Shown: positions 52,117 to 63,264 of the stretch, one piece after another
Position numbering within the stretch: position 1 is the first letter of the stretch
Layout of the letters: every line of letters begins with the position of its first letter
Source: Thecamonas trahens ATCC 50062
Lineage: Eukaryota; Protista; Apusomonadida
Direction of reading: 5' to 3'
Length of the DNA: 64,000 bases
Assembly: GCF_000142905.1 (NCBI RefSeq)
Contig: NW_013657638.1
Location: 54,593 to 118,592 of the forward strand
Notes under the pieces: model-generated
What the model saw: only the letters and a program-made list of their open reading frames with translations
What the model was told of the DNA's origin: nothing
Database searches by the model: none
Made by a program: the position numbers and the translations under genes

Positions 52117-53316
52117 CTAGGTCTGCGGCTCGGGCGCGTCGGGAGCTCCCCGCCGGCGGTACACGGTCTTGGACACCGGCTTGCCGGCAAGCGTAGCATC
52201 GACGGCAGCGTCAACGTTGGCGATGACCGCCAACTCGTCAAACGAGCGTACTTCGATGATGAGGTCAAACGGCGAGGTGCCAGTCCGGTTGAGCGTTGAC
52301 TTGCGCGCAGCACCTGCTGCGGCTGCCTCGCTGCTGGAGAGAATGACGTCCGTGATGCCGCCAAGCAGCGTGTGCTGCGCCTTGTTGGCGGTGAGGTCTG
52401 CAAACGTGTTGCCATGCGCGGTGGCGATGACGCACACGCCCCGGGCAGCAGTCGTCGCTGCTGCCGACGCCTCGCCGGAGTCGCGGATCTCGTCGATGAC
52501 CACAACCTGCGGCGAGTGGTTCTGCACCGTCTCAAGCAGAACCTCCCGCTGCCTCTCACGCCTGGCCACAAACATCCTGCGCGCCAGGCCGAGCGAGGCG
52601 TGCGCCACCGTGCCCCATCCGCCGATCTCGCCCGAGGTGTCGACAACAACCACGCCCTTGCGCAGCTCGGCCGAGAGCTCAGCCACCAGATCACGGAGAA
52701 GGGTGGTCTTGCCGGAGCACGGCCGGCCGACAAGGAGCACTGAGAGCGACTTGCCCTCGTTCACGGCGCCGAGCACGCCGGTCACCACCGTTGTCTCGAG
52801 AAGCCGAGACGATCCGGCGTAATGTCGCCCGAGCCGCAGGGTCATCGTGCTCGGCACCCCGACGTGCTCGGCCTTGGAGATCCGATGCAACGTCGAGTCG
52901 ATTCCGATCCGCCGATCGGTTGTGTAGCCAGACTGCGACTGTGCCTGCAGCTCCTCGTCGATCCGCTCTAGGTCGCCAGTCGTCACCAGGCTCCCGATAA
53001 CCGCCTTGCGCCGGCTCGGATATCCGCGCGGTGTCGTGCCAATTGCATCGACAAAAACAAGCTCGGCCTCTGCCCCCGTATCGAGCGCAATCTCAACGAC
53101 CCCGCTCGTCTCACTCTCCACCGCCTCGACGATCTCCTTACCGAGCTCGGGACACGCGCGGAGGAGCAAGTTAAACAAGATGAGATCCTCAGCCGCGCTC
53201 GTCGTCATCTCCACCGGAGCGTCGACCGCGACAATGGTCTCATTCACGTCTGCCGTGGGCATCTTCTCTTTCGCATACTCTTTCGACTTGGCGACAACGT
53301 CTGAACTCAGTCCCAT
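52117..53316 (-). CDS. SpoIIIAA/Ycf45-family AAA+ ATPase (possible further 5' extension in another frame)
   Basis: RIGIDSTLHRIS, TLRLGR, GRPCSGKTTLLRD, VVDTSGEIGG, NHSPQVVVIDEI, IATAHG. Confidence 0.88.
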   Translation of the reverse strand: MGLSSDVVAKSKEYAKEKMPTADVNETIVAVDAPVEMTTSAAEDLILFNLLLRACPELGKEIVEAVESETSGVVEIALDTGAEAELVFVDAIGTTPRGYPSRRKAVIGSLVTTGDLERIDEELQAQSQSGYTTDRRIGIDSTLHRISKAEHVGVPSTMTLRLGRHYAGSSRLLETTVVTGVLGAVNEGKSLSVLLVGRPCSGKTTLLRDLVAELSAELRKGVVVVDTSGEIGGWGTVAHASLGLARRMFVARRERQREVLLETVQNHSPQVVVIDEIRDSGEASAAATTAARGVCVIATAHGNTFADLTANKAQHTLLGGITDVILSSSEAAAAGAARKSTLNRTGTSPFDLIIEVRSFDELAVIANVDAAVDATLAGKPVSKTVYRRRGAPDAPEPQT

Positions 53317-53764
53317 GCTTGGTGACCATCTTCTTCACCACGCCTGTTTTCTTCGGCCCTGCTCCAAACTTGTTCTTGAGGCCCTTCCAGTGCGGTGCCA
53401 GCAGCGGCAGCTGCGCCACCACCGTTGCTTCAATCTTGCCGCGGTTCTCGACGTGGGTGGCGACAACTTTGACCACAAAGCGGAGAGACTGGGTATCGAC
53501 CATGACGTGCAAGTTACTCGTGTAGTTCTGCAAAATAGCGACGAGTGTGACTGGTTCCACAGTTCACCTCACAATCGTCCTGCCCCCCGCTTCTGCGCGG
53601 CTGTCGCGTAAGTGTGCCATCGGTTCATGGGTTGTGCCCTCGTTTGCGAGGGAGATGTGCCCTCGGTCGACTCAACGATTTTTTTTTGTTTGTTTCGCCG
53701 CGTTTGCTACCGCCGCCGGCATACAGCCTAGGCGAGGCGGGGTGAGGCGAGAAGCTGGTCGTCA

Positions 53765-54634
53765 CTACGGTGCAAACCACGCGGCGACGGTCTCAAACAC
53801 CCAGCTAGCGGCTCCGTTCCGCACCAGCCGCCGCCTGTTGTCAAGATCAAAGTCGAGCTCCTTACCCGGACGCGGCTCCATAAAGTCGCTGCCGTAGGCG
53901 AGGGCAAGATACTCTGCTGCGGCGCCGGGAGCCGGGCAGAGCAGATCGATGTCGGGCCCAAGCTCAAAGTGCCGACAGACACAGAGCTCAGCAAAGACGT
54001 CCCACGCCCGCCAACCACCGTGCTTTGCCCGAATGCGGGCGTCGTAGGCCGGATCAAGCAGCAAGTCCTCGCTCAGCAACTCGACGTCGACCGACGCCCG
54101 GCCGGCCCATAGCACAGGCGTGTCAAAGCCGGTACGGACGAGCCAGCTCCAGGGCCAGCCCGAGGCCAGGGAGATCCGCTCGCGATGGAGCGGCGAGAGC
54201 TCGCGGAGGGCAGCAGAGACCATGGCGTTGAAGCAGCCGAGCGACGAGCCACGAGGCATGAGCACATAAACGTCAAGGTCGTCGTCGCCACGAAAGCCCC
54301 GATACAGCTCAAGGAGCGAGCCGCGGCGAAAGATGACGACAAGGCCGTGCTGGACGATCAGTTGATGCAGGAGATCGAGCAGCAGCGGGCCGTCGCGGCC
54401 CCATTTGTCCGACGAGCGCGGCATTGGCCATACATGTCGGGATGTGGAGGCACTCGGATAGGCACAGACCGGGAGACGCTCCAACTCGACCTTTGTCAGC
54501 ATGGTGGCGTATCGCTGCGGCGACGACGGGCAGGGTGTCGGGCGATGGAGGAAGAACAAGCCAAGGAGGTTACAGACCAAGCAGAGGCCTATGGCCTTTA
54601 CCAGCCGTCCGCGCCATACACCCATTCCACACAC
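53765..54634 (-). CDS. LicD/fukutin-family nucleotidyltransferase-fold protein, type II membrane
   Basis: N-terminal TM helix; GSLL…R…DDDLDV motif; C-terminal P…EYLALAYGSDFMEP. Confidence 0.72.
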   Translation of the reverse strand: MCGMGVWRGRLVKAIGLCLVCNLLGLFFLHRPTPCPSSPQRYATMLTKVELERLPVCAYPSASTSRHVWPMPRSSDKWGRDGPLLLDLLHQLIVQHGLVVIFRRGSLLELYRGFRGDDDLDVYVLMPRGSSLGCFNAMVSAALRELSPLHRERISLASGWPWSWLVRTGFDTPVLWAGRASVDVELLSEDLLLDPAYDARIRAKHGGWRAWDVFAELCVCRHFELGPDIDLLCPAPGAAAEYLALAYGSDFMEPRPGKELDFDLDNRRRLVRNGAASWVFETVAAWFAP

Positions 54635-55105
54635 TATTCACCTCACCCACCGTCTGATGCTGGCAGTGAGTGAGTGCGGTATGGTAAGAGGGGTGGTGCC
54701 GGTGGTGCCGGTGGTCGTCGGGCTGCCGCCCCTCCCAGCCCATTCAGCCCATCCAGTCACATCATGCATAGGCAATGTCCACAAATGATATCGTCCCGGC
54801 AGTACAAATCCTCCGACACCGATCATGCCCGCGATGATTCCTGTCCCCCTTACCCCCCCCCCCCCCCTTCCCCCGTCACGGCATCTCCTCCACGCACCGC
54901 GCACGACTCAAACACAACCACTTTCATCGCCATGATCCCCATCCCTCCAACACCCCGTCCACTACCACTACCCCCCCCTACCCCTACCCCCCTACCCCCC
55001 CTACCCCCCCCTCCCCCCCCCCCCCCCGGCCGTGGCCTGTACTTCTACTCCAGGACTGTGTTGTTCTGTCTCTGACGTGTTTGCAAAAACTGGATTCGCC
55101 CGCCA

Positions 55106-58100
55106 ATGAAGTTGAGCCAGACCAGGTCGTTGTCTCTCATGGCAACGTGGGTGGTTGGAGTGATCCTCCTGGCTGGGTTTGTGGCACTCGGTGCCATGGC
55201 CGCTCCTGACATTCCGCAGTGTACGGCAGAGGTGGATCTTCCATACACGATGGTGGCCATGGAAAACAAGCTTCCAGATGAGACTATTGTTGCTGATGTT
55301 GATGGAGACGGGTGGTCGGATGTGGTGTATGTGGGTATGGATGGTGGGTCTGGCGAGCTTGTTGGGTATGTTGCTTGGCATCGGTTCAACAACGAGTCTG
55401 GCGCCTTTGACTCGCAGCGGCTAGCGTTTACGCATGCGGGAAGCATAGTGAAGGATGTGGCCGCTGCCGATTGCGACGGTGATGGCGACAAGGACCTTGT
55501 CGTGGTTGTTGAGGATGGCAAATCTATCGCGTGGCTCGAGAACATCGACGGGCGTGGTGCGTTTGCTGCCCCGCGCTCTGCTGCTTCTGGTGTCACCGTT
55601 GGCACGCATCTTGCTGCAGCTGACGTAGATGGCGACGGGGATGTGGACGTGGTTGTGGCTACCGGCGACGCGCTGTATGCGATGGTCAACACTGATGGCG
55701 CGGGCAAGTTTGGCCCGCTCACGGCGATCTCGTCGAGCCTGTCTTCGATCACTGCCTTGGTTGTGGCTGACCTCGACAACGACGGGGACGCCGACCTGGC
55801 GACTGCATCTGACGGTGACAACACGATTGCCTGGCACCGCAACAGCGGCACAGGAAGCTACGCGAAAGTGGTGGTGTCATCTGCGGCAGCCGCAGCAAAA
55901 GCTGTGGTCGCGGTCGACATCAACGGTGACACTCACGTTGACCTTGCGTCGGCGTCGCAGAACGACAACAAGATTGCATGGTATGCAAACTCGGGCGCGG
56001 GCTTGTTTGGAGGCGAGCAGATAGTGTCTACCGGCATCCAGCTTGCGACCAAGCTCGCTGCGACTGACGTGGACGGTGACGGACTGCCCGACCTCGTCGC
56101 CGCAGCATCACAGGCCCTGACTCGGCGAGTTGTTTGGTTCCGCAACACGGGTGCTGGCTTTGCCGGAGAAACACCTCTAGAGCCCGGGCTCGAGCCGCAA
56201 GCGATGGTTGCCTTTGACTGCGATGGCGACGGTGATGGCGATGTCGTGACTGTTAAGGCGTCTCCAGGCGAGTTAACCGTCCATTTGAACGACGACGGCG
56301 CCGGCAGCGCATGGACTAACCGGGTTCTCACGATGTGGAGCCAGCGCAAACAGGCTATTGTGGTGGCAGACCTGGACGCCGACGGCGACCTTGACCTCGC
56401 AGTCGCATCGGATGCAGGAACTGCGCTCCTATGGCATGAGAACACTGGCACTGGCGCATTTTCCGAGGCGCGGCTGATCTCTACCAGCTCTGCACTTGCC
56501 GCCTCTCTCGCGGTGGCAGACTTTGACGGTGACGGAGGGGCAGACGTGGCGGTGGCATTCAAGGCGGATATGAAGGTGGCATGGCACCGCAACATGGATG
56601 GCCGCGGTAACTTTTCGACCGAATTGGTTGTGCAATCAGGGCTAGTCCAGCCTGTGTGGATAGCTGCCGGTGACATTGATGGCGACACGGACGTCGACCT
56701 GGTCATGGCGTCCACCGCGGCAACTGTGGTGTGGTTCAACAACACTGACGGCAATGGGGCTTGGTCAGCCGCAAACGTCATTGCTTCCGCGACGGTTAGC
56801 AACGCGGTGTACCTTGGCGACATGGACGGCAATGGCGCTGCCGACGTAGTAGTGGCTGGCTTGCCGCTGTTCTGGATGCCTGGACTGGGTAGCGGTGGGT
56901 TCAGCGCTATGCGCGAGCTCGACAGTGACACCGAGACATCGGGCGCCGCGTTGGGCGATGTTGACAGCGATGGCGATGTGGACGTAGTGGCCATGCCGGT
57001 TAGCGGCATCTGGATTGCGGTGTACGAGAATCTTGGGGCCGGTTTGTTTGGGTCGCGGCTTGTAATTGCGTCGGCGAACTCGCCAGTCGCGGTCGTGCTC
57101 GGCGACATCAACGATGATGGCTACATCGACGTGATGACGACGCGAGTGGATGACGTCGTCGTTCACTTTGGCAGCAGCAGCGGTCTGCAGCATTTCACCT
57201 CACCGCAGACGCTTGGCTCAGCACAGGATGGGCCCGGCGCGCTGGTTGTAGGCGACCTGAGTGGCGACGGCAGGCTCGATGTCGTGGTTGGCTCACGAAA
57301 CGACATGCGCATTGTGGTTTACCGCAATATGGAAACTAGACGCAAGCCCATCATGGGGCCTGGGTATACCTCTGGTGCCGATGTGCTGGTGGCGGCAGAC
57401 TTTGACAACGACGGTGACCTCGACGTGGCCGAAGGCGGCTATAACATGCCATTGGTGTGGCGCCCGAACATTGACGGCTTGGCAAGCTTTGGACAAGGGC
57501 GGCAAGTCGAAGGCACAAGCAATGTAGAGGTGCTGGCGGTTGGCGACGTCAATCAAGATGGCAGTGCCGACATTGTGGCAGGGTTTGCCTTCCCGACGCG
57601 CCAAGTTGGCTGGTACGATAACGTCGATGGGCTCGGCGGGTTCAGCAGCATCAACGTGGTGACTGGGGCGGGTGCTGTGGGGCACGATCCTGTTTCACTC
57701 GTGATTGGCGATGTCAACGCCGACGGCTACGTCGACGTTGTACTGACGACTGCGGGCGGAGGGCAAGTAGTTTGGCTGGCCAACTCCGGAGCGGCTGGCG
57801 GACTCTGGCCGATGCAGGTGGTGATGGCATCAGCGCCGCTAGTAGGGGACGCCGTGGTGAGTGACTTTGACGGCGACGGTATCGTTGACGTTGCGGCAGC
57901 GGTCCGCGGAACAGGACTCGTCGAGTGGTTTGTCAACAACGGGACCGGGCTGTTGAGCGGCAGACCACCTGCCGCGACCATGGACCAGGTTCAGTTTCTG
58001 CACGCGGACGATGTGGATGGCGACAACGATGTGGATCTGGTCTGCAGCTCGTTGAGCGCAGTGGCCTGGCTCGAGAACAGCGACGGAGCCGGAAGCTTTG

Positions 58101-61100
58101 TCACCCACGTTGTCAGCGCGCCTCTTTCTCCCATCAGCGACATGGCCGTGGGCGATGTCGACGGCGACGGTCGGATTGATATTGTTACCGGAGACGACAC
58201 AGGCCTGGTTTTCTACATGGGCTCACCGGTGCCGGACGTTTTTGTGGCCAACGTTCAGAGGTACGACACTTCTTTTGTAAGCCTTCTGGCGGCTGATGTC
58301 GACGGCGACCTCGCGAAGGAAGTCATGGCTACCGGTGTGTCCGGGGGCGTCTCTGCGCTTCGTCTGGCGTCACGGACAGCACTGGTCAAGTTCAGGCCGC
58401 GGACGCTAAGCGGAAGCGATGGCACAAGTACGTGCGCAACAGCGCCGTTCTCACTGTCGTGTTTGTCTGCACGAGTGAGGGGTGCTTCCAAGTGCGTGAC
58501 TGACACAATTGTTCTTGCACCTGGACGCTACTCGTGCAGCTCGACCGGCCATGCGATGCTCACGAGGAGTGTGTTGATCAGCGGACCCGCGCAAGGCGAT
58601 GTCCACTTTGAGTGCGAGGGCGGGGTCTTGTTTGATGTGGCGCCACCCGGCGCCTTGGAGCTTGCCAACATGACTATTTCTGGCCTCGGGACAGTCAACT
58701 CGCTGGCCACCGGCGCGCCGGGTCTCCGAGTTGTTGGAGCCGGGGCGCGACTGGTGCTGCGGGAGGTTGAGATCCGAGACGCAGAGTCACGCCGGGAGCT
58801 GACCTCGGTTGCCACCTATGCTGGGCTCGGCGGAGCACTGCTTGTCCTCGACGGCGGAGTAGTCGAGGGCCACAACGTGACGATGGCAAGGTGCTCGGCA
58901 TTCGACGCTGGTGGCGCGGTGTACGCGTCTGGGGCCGGCAGCCGGATCAGCCTTGTTGCCTCCCGCATCGTGAACTCGTTTGCGGGGTGGAGGGCGGCGG
59001 GATGGCACTCGCCAACGGAGCAAGGCTGGAGCTGGAGCGATGTGAGCTGAGCGGCAACTCGGCATCGCTGGGCTCTGGCGGCGGGTTGGCAATTGGAAGT
59101 GGAGCGACGGTCAATGTGGTGGCAACTACGATTGCAAACAATGTCGCCAGCCGCGGACTCGGTGGCGGCATGCTGTTGCGGGGCGGCGGAAATGGCAGTG
59201 AGCTGATGAGGTGCGAGCTGATAGGCAACAGGGCCCGTGTTGGCGGCGGCCTTGCGATCATCGAAAACGGGCTTGACGGGCATGTTCTGGTTGACGCAGT
59301 GCAGGACGCGACGCCCGCGCCTCCTGTGTCGAGCGGGAAGATTGAGCTCGTGATGCACGACACGACGCTTGCGGAGAACGAGGGGTCGGTGGCGGGTGGT
59401 GGGCTGGCGGTGTGCGGGGCGTTGTTGTCGATCCGCGGAAGCGCAAGCACATGGTCGCGCAACTCGCTGGCATACCCGTCAGCAGAAAAGTCATCGGCAG
59501 ACGGGTTCTTGTGCACACCAGCCGGGGCGAGCCTCCCGCTGTCATCGACGCCGTGGCTGGTGGAGGACGGGCCTGGAATGACGGACCGTGGGCGAGTCAA
59601 CGGGCCGCCAATGGCGCTTGAGTGGGCAGAGGCGCCAGGAGCGCTGACTCAGCTTGGCGACGTCGTATCAGGCTCGTTTGTGGTGCGGGATGTGCTCGGC
59701 AAAGTGGTTTCGTACGCCAACGTGGTCGTGGAGGTGGAGTTGTCGGGCGCCGGACTTGTGATGTCGTCGGCAACAAGCGATGTTGCGACGGGCGGAGGGG
59801 TGACTGCCGTGTCGACGACACCGCTGCGGCTTGCGGCCGGCGCATCTCTGGGGAGTGTTGGAGTCGAAGTGCGGCTTGCTGGGCGCGGCGAGTCGTTGGA
59901 CGGTACACCGCTCTCTGTGGCGCCACTGAGTGGCGCGAGTGATGTTGCAGCATGTGGGGTGGGATTTGGATTCCGCGAGGTGATGGTGGTGATCGACGGC
60001 GACACTGTGGATGCAGGCGAGTGCGGGCGATGCGGGCCCGGCACGTATTCGGAGGTGACGTCTTTGGAGGCGTGCCGAGTCGAGCGCGAGTGCAATGAGT
60101 TTTCGCTAGATGTCCGTGGCAAGTTCAACGCGAGCTCTGCGGTATGCGTGTGCCAGGCCGGATACACGTTGGCGGGTCGGGACGATGACGAGTATGCCGT
60201 GTGCGTGGCTTGCCCGACTGGTGCGATCTGCGCGATGGGAACTGGGGAACCAGTGCCCGCACCCGGCTACTTTGCCGAAGACACCGAAGGTGGAGTTGTG
60301 TTTCTGCGGTGCAAGCGGCAGTCTGGATGTGCTGGCGGCTCGCTGTCGACGCAGTGTGCGCGCGGTTACAGTGGATATCTTTGTAGCAACTGCGAGGCCG
60401 GGTACTTTTCCAACTCGCGATCCGAGTGCGTCGAGTGTCCGAGTGCGTCTGGCGCGGTGCTTGCGGCGACTCTTGTCTCGCTTGTGCTTGGCTCTCTGCT
60501 GGCGGCGATGGCGATTGGCGCGGGTGTGGCGCGAGCGCAAGCGGCGAAGAGGTCTGCCGATGGAGGAGTGGTGGCACTCCGCAGTAGCGTGCTACCGGCA
60601 AGCACGTCGATGGTGGTGGTGACGTGCCAGGTGCTGGGTATGTTTGCCGAGGCGCAGTTTGAGTGGAGTGCGTCGTCGCGGGCGGCGCTGGGCGTGTTCC
60701 GTGCGGCCAACATTGATGTCAACTTGTTTGCGTCCGAGTGCTCGCTCTCGTCGTTCCACGCCAAGTATGTGATGAGTGTGGCAGTTCCACTGGTGGTCGT
60801 GTTTGGCGCGGTGTGCGGGCTGGTGGCGTTCAAGTGGGTAGGCCCGGTTATGCCGCTGCCGTTTGGACTCGGCGAGCTGCGGACGATGCCGGTTGCCACG
60901 CTAGTTGACGCCGGGCTGTTTACGATGGCGCCGCTGTTGTACATTCCGGTGGCGCGAGCGGTGCTTGTGCTGTTTGACTGCACATCAATGCCGAATGGGC
61001 GGTATGTGATCGATGTGGATCCAAGCGTGGCGTGCTTTGACGGGCGGTGGTTCGGAGTGTTGTCGGTAGGCGTGTTGGCACTGGTCGGGTATGTGATTGG

Positions 61101-61773
61101 AGTACCGGGGTACTTTTTGTGGTGCCTCATGCGGTGCTCGTCGAATCTACTGGAGCCGAGCACGTTTGCGCGGTACGGCGGCCTGTACAAGCTCTTCCGA
61201 GTGGCGTACTACTGGGGCGGAGTGGCGGAGCTGGGCAAGCGGCTTGTGATTGTGGGCATTTCCGTGTTTGCATCCGACCAGCAGCTGCTGCAGATTGGGC
61301 TGCTCCTTGTGGTTCTCCTGAGCTCTTCGTATGCAGTGCAGTCGCTGCAGCCATACTACCTCCCACTGTACAACGCGATCGATTTTCGGTTGACTGTGGT
61401 GCTGGTGGCGATGCTCGTGCTCGGCACGTTTTCGTACGCTGAGCGCGGGGGTGGCGGCAGCGCGGAGACTGCGATCTCTGTGTTTGTGGTGGCCGGACTG
61501 GTGGTCTTTGCAGCAGTTGCCGTCCACGCCATTGTGGCCGACATCCTGCACATTATGGCGTGTCGGCGCGATCGGCAGCACCCGTCGAGCCGACGGGCGG
61601 CGCGGATGGCGGCCATGCTCGAGCGCGAGACGGCGGACATGGATCGCACCGGCGTTGACGCCGAGCGCGTCATTGCACTCGAAGCCGCAATGGGCGCGCT
61701 CCAGCACAGCGGGTCGCGAGGCGGCAAGGGAGACGAAATCGAGATGGATCCGCTTGTGGCAACAGCAGTGTGA
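55106..61773 (+). CDS. Giant surface protein: signal peptide, 21 FG-GAP-like repeats, beta-helix, Cys-rich stalk, multi-TM domain (apparent 1-nt frameshift near 58987)
   Basis: ORFs 55106-59050 and 58891-61773 fuse into ~2220 aa with one extra G (FAGVEGGGM); DxDGDG motifs, GG[AG]-hydrophobic repeats, CARGYSGYLCSNC, RYGGLY…YYW and LQPY motifs. Confidence 0.85.
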
Positions 61774-61900
61774 CGGCCTGGCGCGGCGGTAAATGGGGGG
61801 CAACGACGGGCGTGACTTTGGAGCGGTGAAAGCGACCAGGTCAGGCAGGCGAGGCGGTGAGGAAGTGAGGGTATGACTTGACTTTGGAGCAAAGACAAGA

Positions 61901-62159
61901 ATGTTTGTTGCGCGTACCGCCATTGCTGCCGCCCGTGCTGGAGCTGGACCGTCTGTGGGCGTTGTGGGAGCGTCTGTGGTGGGAGGGGTGAGCCGCCCGC
62001 TGGTGGCCACCCTCTTCTCGGCTGCCCAGTCGTCCTACGAGCACATTGTGGCCTCGGTGGAGCGGGAGGGGACTGTGTATGTTGGGGTGTGGGGGTAGAG
62101 GGGGGGTGGTGGGGGGTGGGTGGGTTGGTGGTGGGGTGGTGGTGGTGGTGGTAGGGGTT

Positions 62160-62208
<49 letters not shown>

Positions 62209-63131
62209 CTCATGTGTGGCTGTTGTCTGGCTGATATCTGGCTATGGCCGTGATCTTGGCTGTGCCTGTGCCTGTGGCCATGACTTTGGCTATGGCCGTG
62301 ACCTTGGCTGTGCCTGTGCCTGTGGCCGTGGTCTCTGGGCTGTGGATGGACTATGACTGGTCTCTGGTCGTGACTCTGCTGGACTGAGCTGGGCTGGGAC
62401 AGTGGCCTCGTCCGCCTTAACCGGCCCAAGGCTCTCAACGCGCTCTGCTCGCCGCTGTTTGAGGAGCTCAATGAGGCGCTCGCCAACTTTGATGCGGACC
62501 CGAAGATCGGCGCCATGGTGGTGACCGGGTCGGACAAGGCCTTTGCTGCTGGCGCCGACATCTCGGAGATGGCCGACAAGGAGTTTGCGGGCGTGTTTGC
62601 CGGCAAGTTCCTCTCGTCGTGGGACGCCATCACCAAGCTGACCAAGCCGGTCATTGCCGCCGTCAACGGCTTTGCGCTCGGCGGTGGGTGCGAGCTCGCC
62701 ATGATGTGCGACTTTATTATCGCCGGCGACAAGGCTCAGTTTGGCCAGCCGGAGATCAAGCTCGGCACCATCCCCGGCGCCGGCGGCACCCAGCGCCTGA
62801 CCAAGGCCATCGGCAAGTCGAAGGCCATGGACCTCTGCCTCACGGGCGACTTTATGGACGTCCATGAGGCCAAGTCGTACGGCCTCGTCGCCCGCATTGT
62901 GCCCGCCGACGAGCTTGTCGACTCCTCGCTCGACACTGCCGCCAAGATCGCCGGCTACTCGCAGATTGCCAACGCCATGGTGAGGCTGTCAACGCCTCGT
63001 TCGAGACCACACTCGCCGAGGGCCTGCACATGGAGAAGCGCCTCTTCCACGCCACCTTTGCCACCGCCGACCAGAAGGAGGGCATGAAGGCGTTCCTCGA
63101 GAAGCGTAAGGCCGAGTTCAAGCACCAGTAG
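61901..63131 (+). CDS. ECHS1: Mitochondrial short-chain enoyl-CoA hydratase, 2 exons (61901-62076, 62403-63131), frame break near 62980
   Basis: Spliced [50 protein letters not shown]…[13 protein letters not shown]. Confidence 0.94.
62161..62330. repeat. Intronic (GT)n microsatellite followed by a ~48-bp two-copy repeat
   Basis: (GT)~23 at 62161-62206; GCTATGGCCGTGA(T/C)CTTGGCTGTGCCTGTGCCTGTGGCC occurs twice. Confidence 0.85.
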
Positions 63132-63264
63132 AGTGTTAAACTGCGAGGAGCTCGCGTCGGGCCCCTCGATCGTACAGCAGGCCATTGCAGGCGGTGACCT
63201 GCTGTGAGTGGACAGCGTACTCGCGCGGCAGCCACAGGCTGCAAAAACAACGTTCACTCCATGG

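Noticed and set aside
53560-53620. In-frame TGA upstream of the Ycf45-like 5' frame as selenocysteine/readthrough
   Set aside because: No redox motif context or visible SECIS, and the 5' gene structure is unresolved
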